In this document: piece after piece, positions 55,716 to 64,000 of the stretch
How positions within the stretch are numbered: position 1 is the stretch's first letter
How the letters are laid out: every line of letters begins with the position of its first letter
NCBI RefSeq assembly: GCF_009914755.1
Contig: NC_060936.1
DNA: 64,000 nt
Strand: one strand, 5' to 3'
From: the human T2T-CHM13v2.0 reference genome, Homo sapiens
The notes under the pieces: model-generated
What the model was told of the DNA's origin: nothing
Database searches by the model: none
What the model saw: the letters and a program-made list of their open reading frames with translations, nothing else
Program-made: the position numbers and the translations under genes

Positions 55716-56019
55716 TACTTGAGCCACATTGTTAATACATGAAATAAAGAATGATCCCAGTTAAAAGTAATAATAATAACTGAGTTCAAGTCTTAGTTGA
55801 CTCAGATGTATACTACTTCCTTTATCTTTCTGAATCCCAGGTTCCTTAATAATAAATTAATTTTACCTGCCTTACCTATTGCATAATGCTCCAATAAAAA
55901 TCAAATAGACTGTATGCCCTTATGATTTGTTAGGTAAAAACACCATATACATATGTTATAACTATGATCTACTGTGTTCTCTAAAATAATACCTTCGAAC
56001 TTGTAATAGATGTAAAAGT

Positions 56020-60655
<4,636 letters not shown>

Positions 60656-61143
60656 TAAATATGTGCATAATGACACATGCAAAATGATGTTCATTTGATC
60701 ATTATTTTCAGTAATACGGATGGGGTATTTTAAGTCTTAATTATTAGTCATGAAGATTAAAAAATAGGGTATACATCATATTTTGATTCAGCAATTTAAT
60801 GAACATAGTCTACATGTATTAACATGTAAATATATTGATGTGTGTGTGTATATATATAGTGTGTATATATATACATATATATATATAAAATGTTAAATGA
60901 AAAGCAACTTGCAGGAAATGTGAATTATGAGAGCACTGATTAATATTTCAAAATATATTGTATATGTGTATACACATATGTACACACACAGCTAAAATAT
61001 TAAAATCTGTTGGGAAATATTGCCCACAACCCTGGGAGAGTAGGTACCTGTATGGAGAAAGTGGGGGGAATAGAATCAAGAAGACCACTAAGGGGGCTGA
61101 AAGCTCTGTTGTTAAATAATTTTCCTTTAAAACGAAGGATTTG

Positions 61144-61453
61144 AGCTGGGTGTGGTGGCTCAGGCCGGTTATCCCAGGACTTTGGAAAGCCAAAGTGGGC
61201 AGATAACTTGAGTTCCGGAGTTCGAGACGAGCCTGGCCAAGATGGTGAAACCCCATCTCTATTAAAAATACAAAAATTAGCTGAGCGTAGTGGCATGTGG
61301 TTGTAGTCACAGTTATTCCGTATGCTGAGGCAGAAGGAATACCTTCAGCCCAGGAGGCATAGGTTGTAGTGAGCAGAGAGCGCGCCACTGCACTCCAGCC
61401 TGGGAGATGGGAGCAAAACCTTGTCTCAAAATAAAGTAAATACAATAAAAATA
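61144..61453 (+). mobile_element. AluJb/Sz-type with TSD
   Basis: Dimeric Alu; TSD AAAACGAAGGATTTGAG (61129-61145) / AAAACAAAGGATCTGAG (61454-61470). Confidence 0.9.
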
Positions 61454-62689
61454 AAAACAAAGGATCTGAGTTAATCCTATCAAGTTTGCTAAGTCTGAAT
61501 GCATTTTTCATACATATATAAAATATGTCAAGATTTAAGAAATTAAGCAGATAAATATCTGCAAAGCCTTCTCCAAAATGTGCAGGCAGTTATGCTTTAA
61601 CCTCTGTAAAAACATTACACTATAATGTCCTTGTTTGTTGTTATAAAAACAGGTTAAGGTCTTAGAAGACCCAGCCTAGTTCTTATTCATCTTTGTACCA
61701 TATCTAACTTAATTCTGGCACTAATCTGATGGTCAATGTAATTTGGATGATTGAATGATTAAATAAACAAATTTGAATACTTTACTAATGATAAAGTATC
61801 TTAACATTCAAGTGAATTAGAATTGTGATATATTGTCAATAATGTACCAATGTCTGACATACACATGCCAAGCCCTATCTGTGTGTGTATGCGGGTAATG
61901 TACATTATGTGTTATGTATAATATATGTTATAGTACATATGTATTATATACATCACATGTACAAATACATAGACATACACATATACATGCAAGGATTTAT
62001 GATTAAATGTCTAAATAATCCAAAGAAGGAAGAAAAGTCTTATTTCTACTTGGAGGAACCATATTGAACAAGAAAGAACAACATTAATAAAAATAATTTT
62101 CTTATTTTCTATGTTTTGTAAGTTGAAGAAAATTATTATATGTCATTGTTCCCAGTCTTCTGATTGTTAAGGAGCTAGTACAAATTTTGACTGTATCATA
62201 TGCCATATGTATCTGTATTAATTCCATCTGGCTCAATATTGTCTTTGGCTGTGGACAAATATTGTATTTTTCTGATTATTTTTCTTCCCAGAAATAAGAA
62301 AATTTTGGGAAAAAAAGACAAAGTATTATGAAACTCAGCAATACCCATTCTTGTTTCTTTAAAAGGGTTGAGATCACTTAATAATAATTTCTTAGCATCT
62401 CCTAAGGAAAAGATTTCCAATCTTGTTAAAAAAATCAATTAAAGAAGTTTAACGTTAATACAAATATGCAGAGGACAAATACCACTGATGGGAACAATAA
62501 TCATTTGTGTATTAAAGTCATAAGCATTTCTACTGAGAACTCTTAAACAAACTTCATTTTTAATTGATATTGTAAACTGATGGATCAGTTTACTACTTAA
62601 TTAATTAAATGGTGGCTTGAGATACCATTGACCATTAATTGCCCTACTTGTGTATTCCACAATTCCTTTGTTTAGCTTTATATGTTTCA

Positions 62690-62810
62690 TGCTACATTAT
62701 TGAACCCAGTTAGGCTATTAGCTCCTTGAGGGCAATATCTTACCTTTGGGAATGCCCAGCACAGTGCCTGGTATGCGTGAATATTTTATAAAAGTGTTGT
62801 TACATGAATG
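62690..62810 (+). mobile_element. L2 3' end fragment
   Basis: AGCTCCTTGAGGGCA...GCCCAGCACAGTGCCTGG...TGAATG. Confidence 0.7.
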
Positions 62811-63004
62811 TGCCACTGTATAACAAATTGACTGTGTAGCAGTGTAGTTTAATACAAACTGCTTACAAAAATTAATGGAAATCCATATTTTTTTTCAATA
62901 TTATAAAATTTGGCTTTGCATTTAATAAGGTAAAATTAATATCGTTAAATTACTCCAAAATAAGCCTTTAATATTAATTTTGAATATAAGATTATAAAGA
63001 ATAA

Positions 63005-64000
<996 letters not shown>

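Noticed and set aside
60948-61511. 187-aa ORF, and similar ORFs at 6388, 29300 and 60251
   Set aside because: Read-through translations of antisense Alu sequence

Overview
Primate (human or great-ape-like) AT-rich, repeat-dense non-coding DNA, either a gene desert or the interior of a large intron. I found no intact protein-coding gene, RNA gene or prokaryote-type system. The window holds: a full-length decayed L1PB1 (-), a full-length decayed L1PA5-class element (+), a 5'-truncated young L1PA2/L1HS-class insertion whose RT frame stays open to the window edge, three two-LTR MaLR proviruses (MLT1A-type, THE1D, and THE1A nested in Tigger2), eight Alus, older L1M/L2/MIR/DNA-transposon remnants, microsatellites and an RPL23A processed pseudogene (-). 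The best leads are a probable ~140-bp 3' transduction behind the L1PA5, an ORF0 homologue truncated by an AT-rich insertion, an L1 antisense promoter aimed at the co-oriented RPL23A retrocopy, a DUX4-motif plus splice-donor THE1 LTR, and a 78-nt candidate exon in unique DNA. Subfamily names come from recalled consensus features and need RepeatMasker/Dfam confirmation. Boundaries of the old repeats are approximate.
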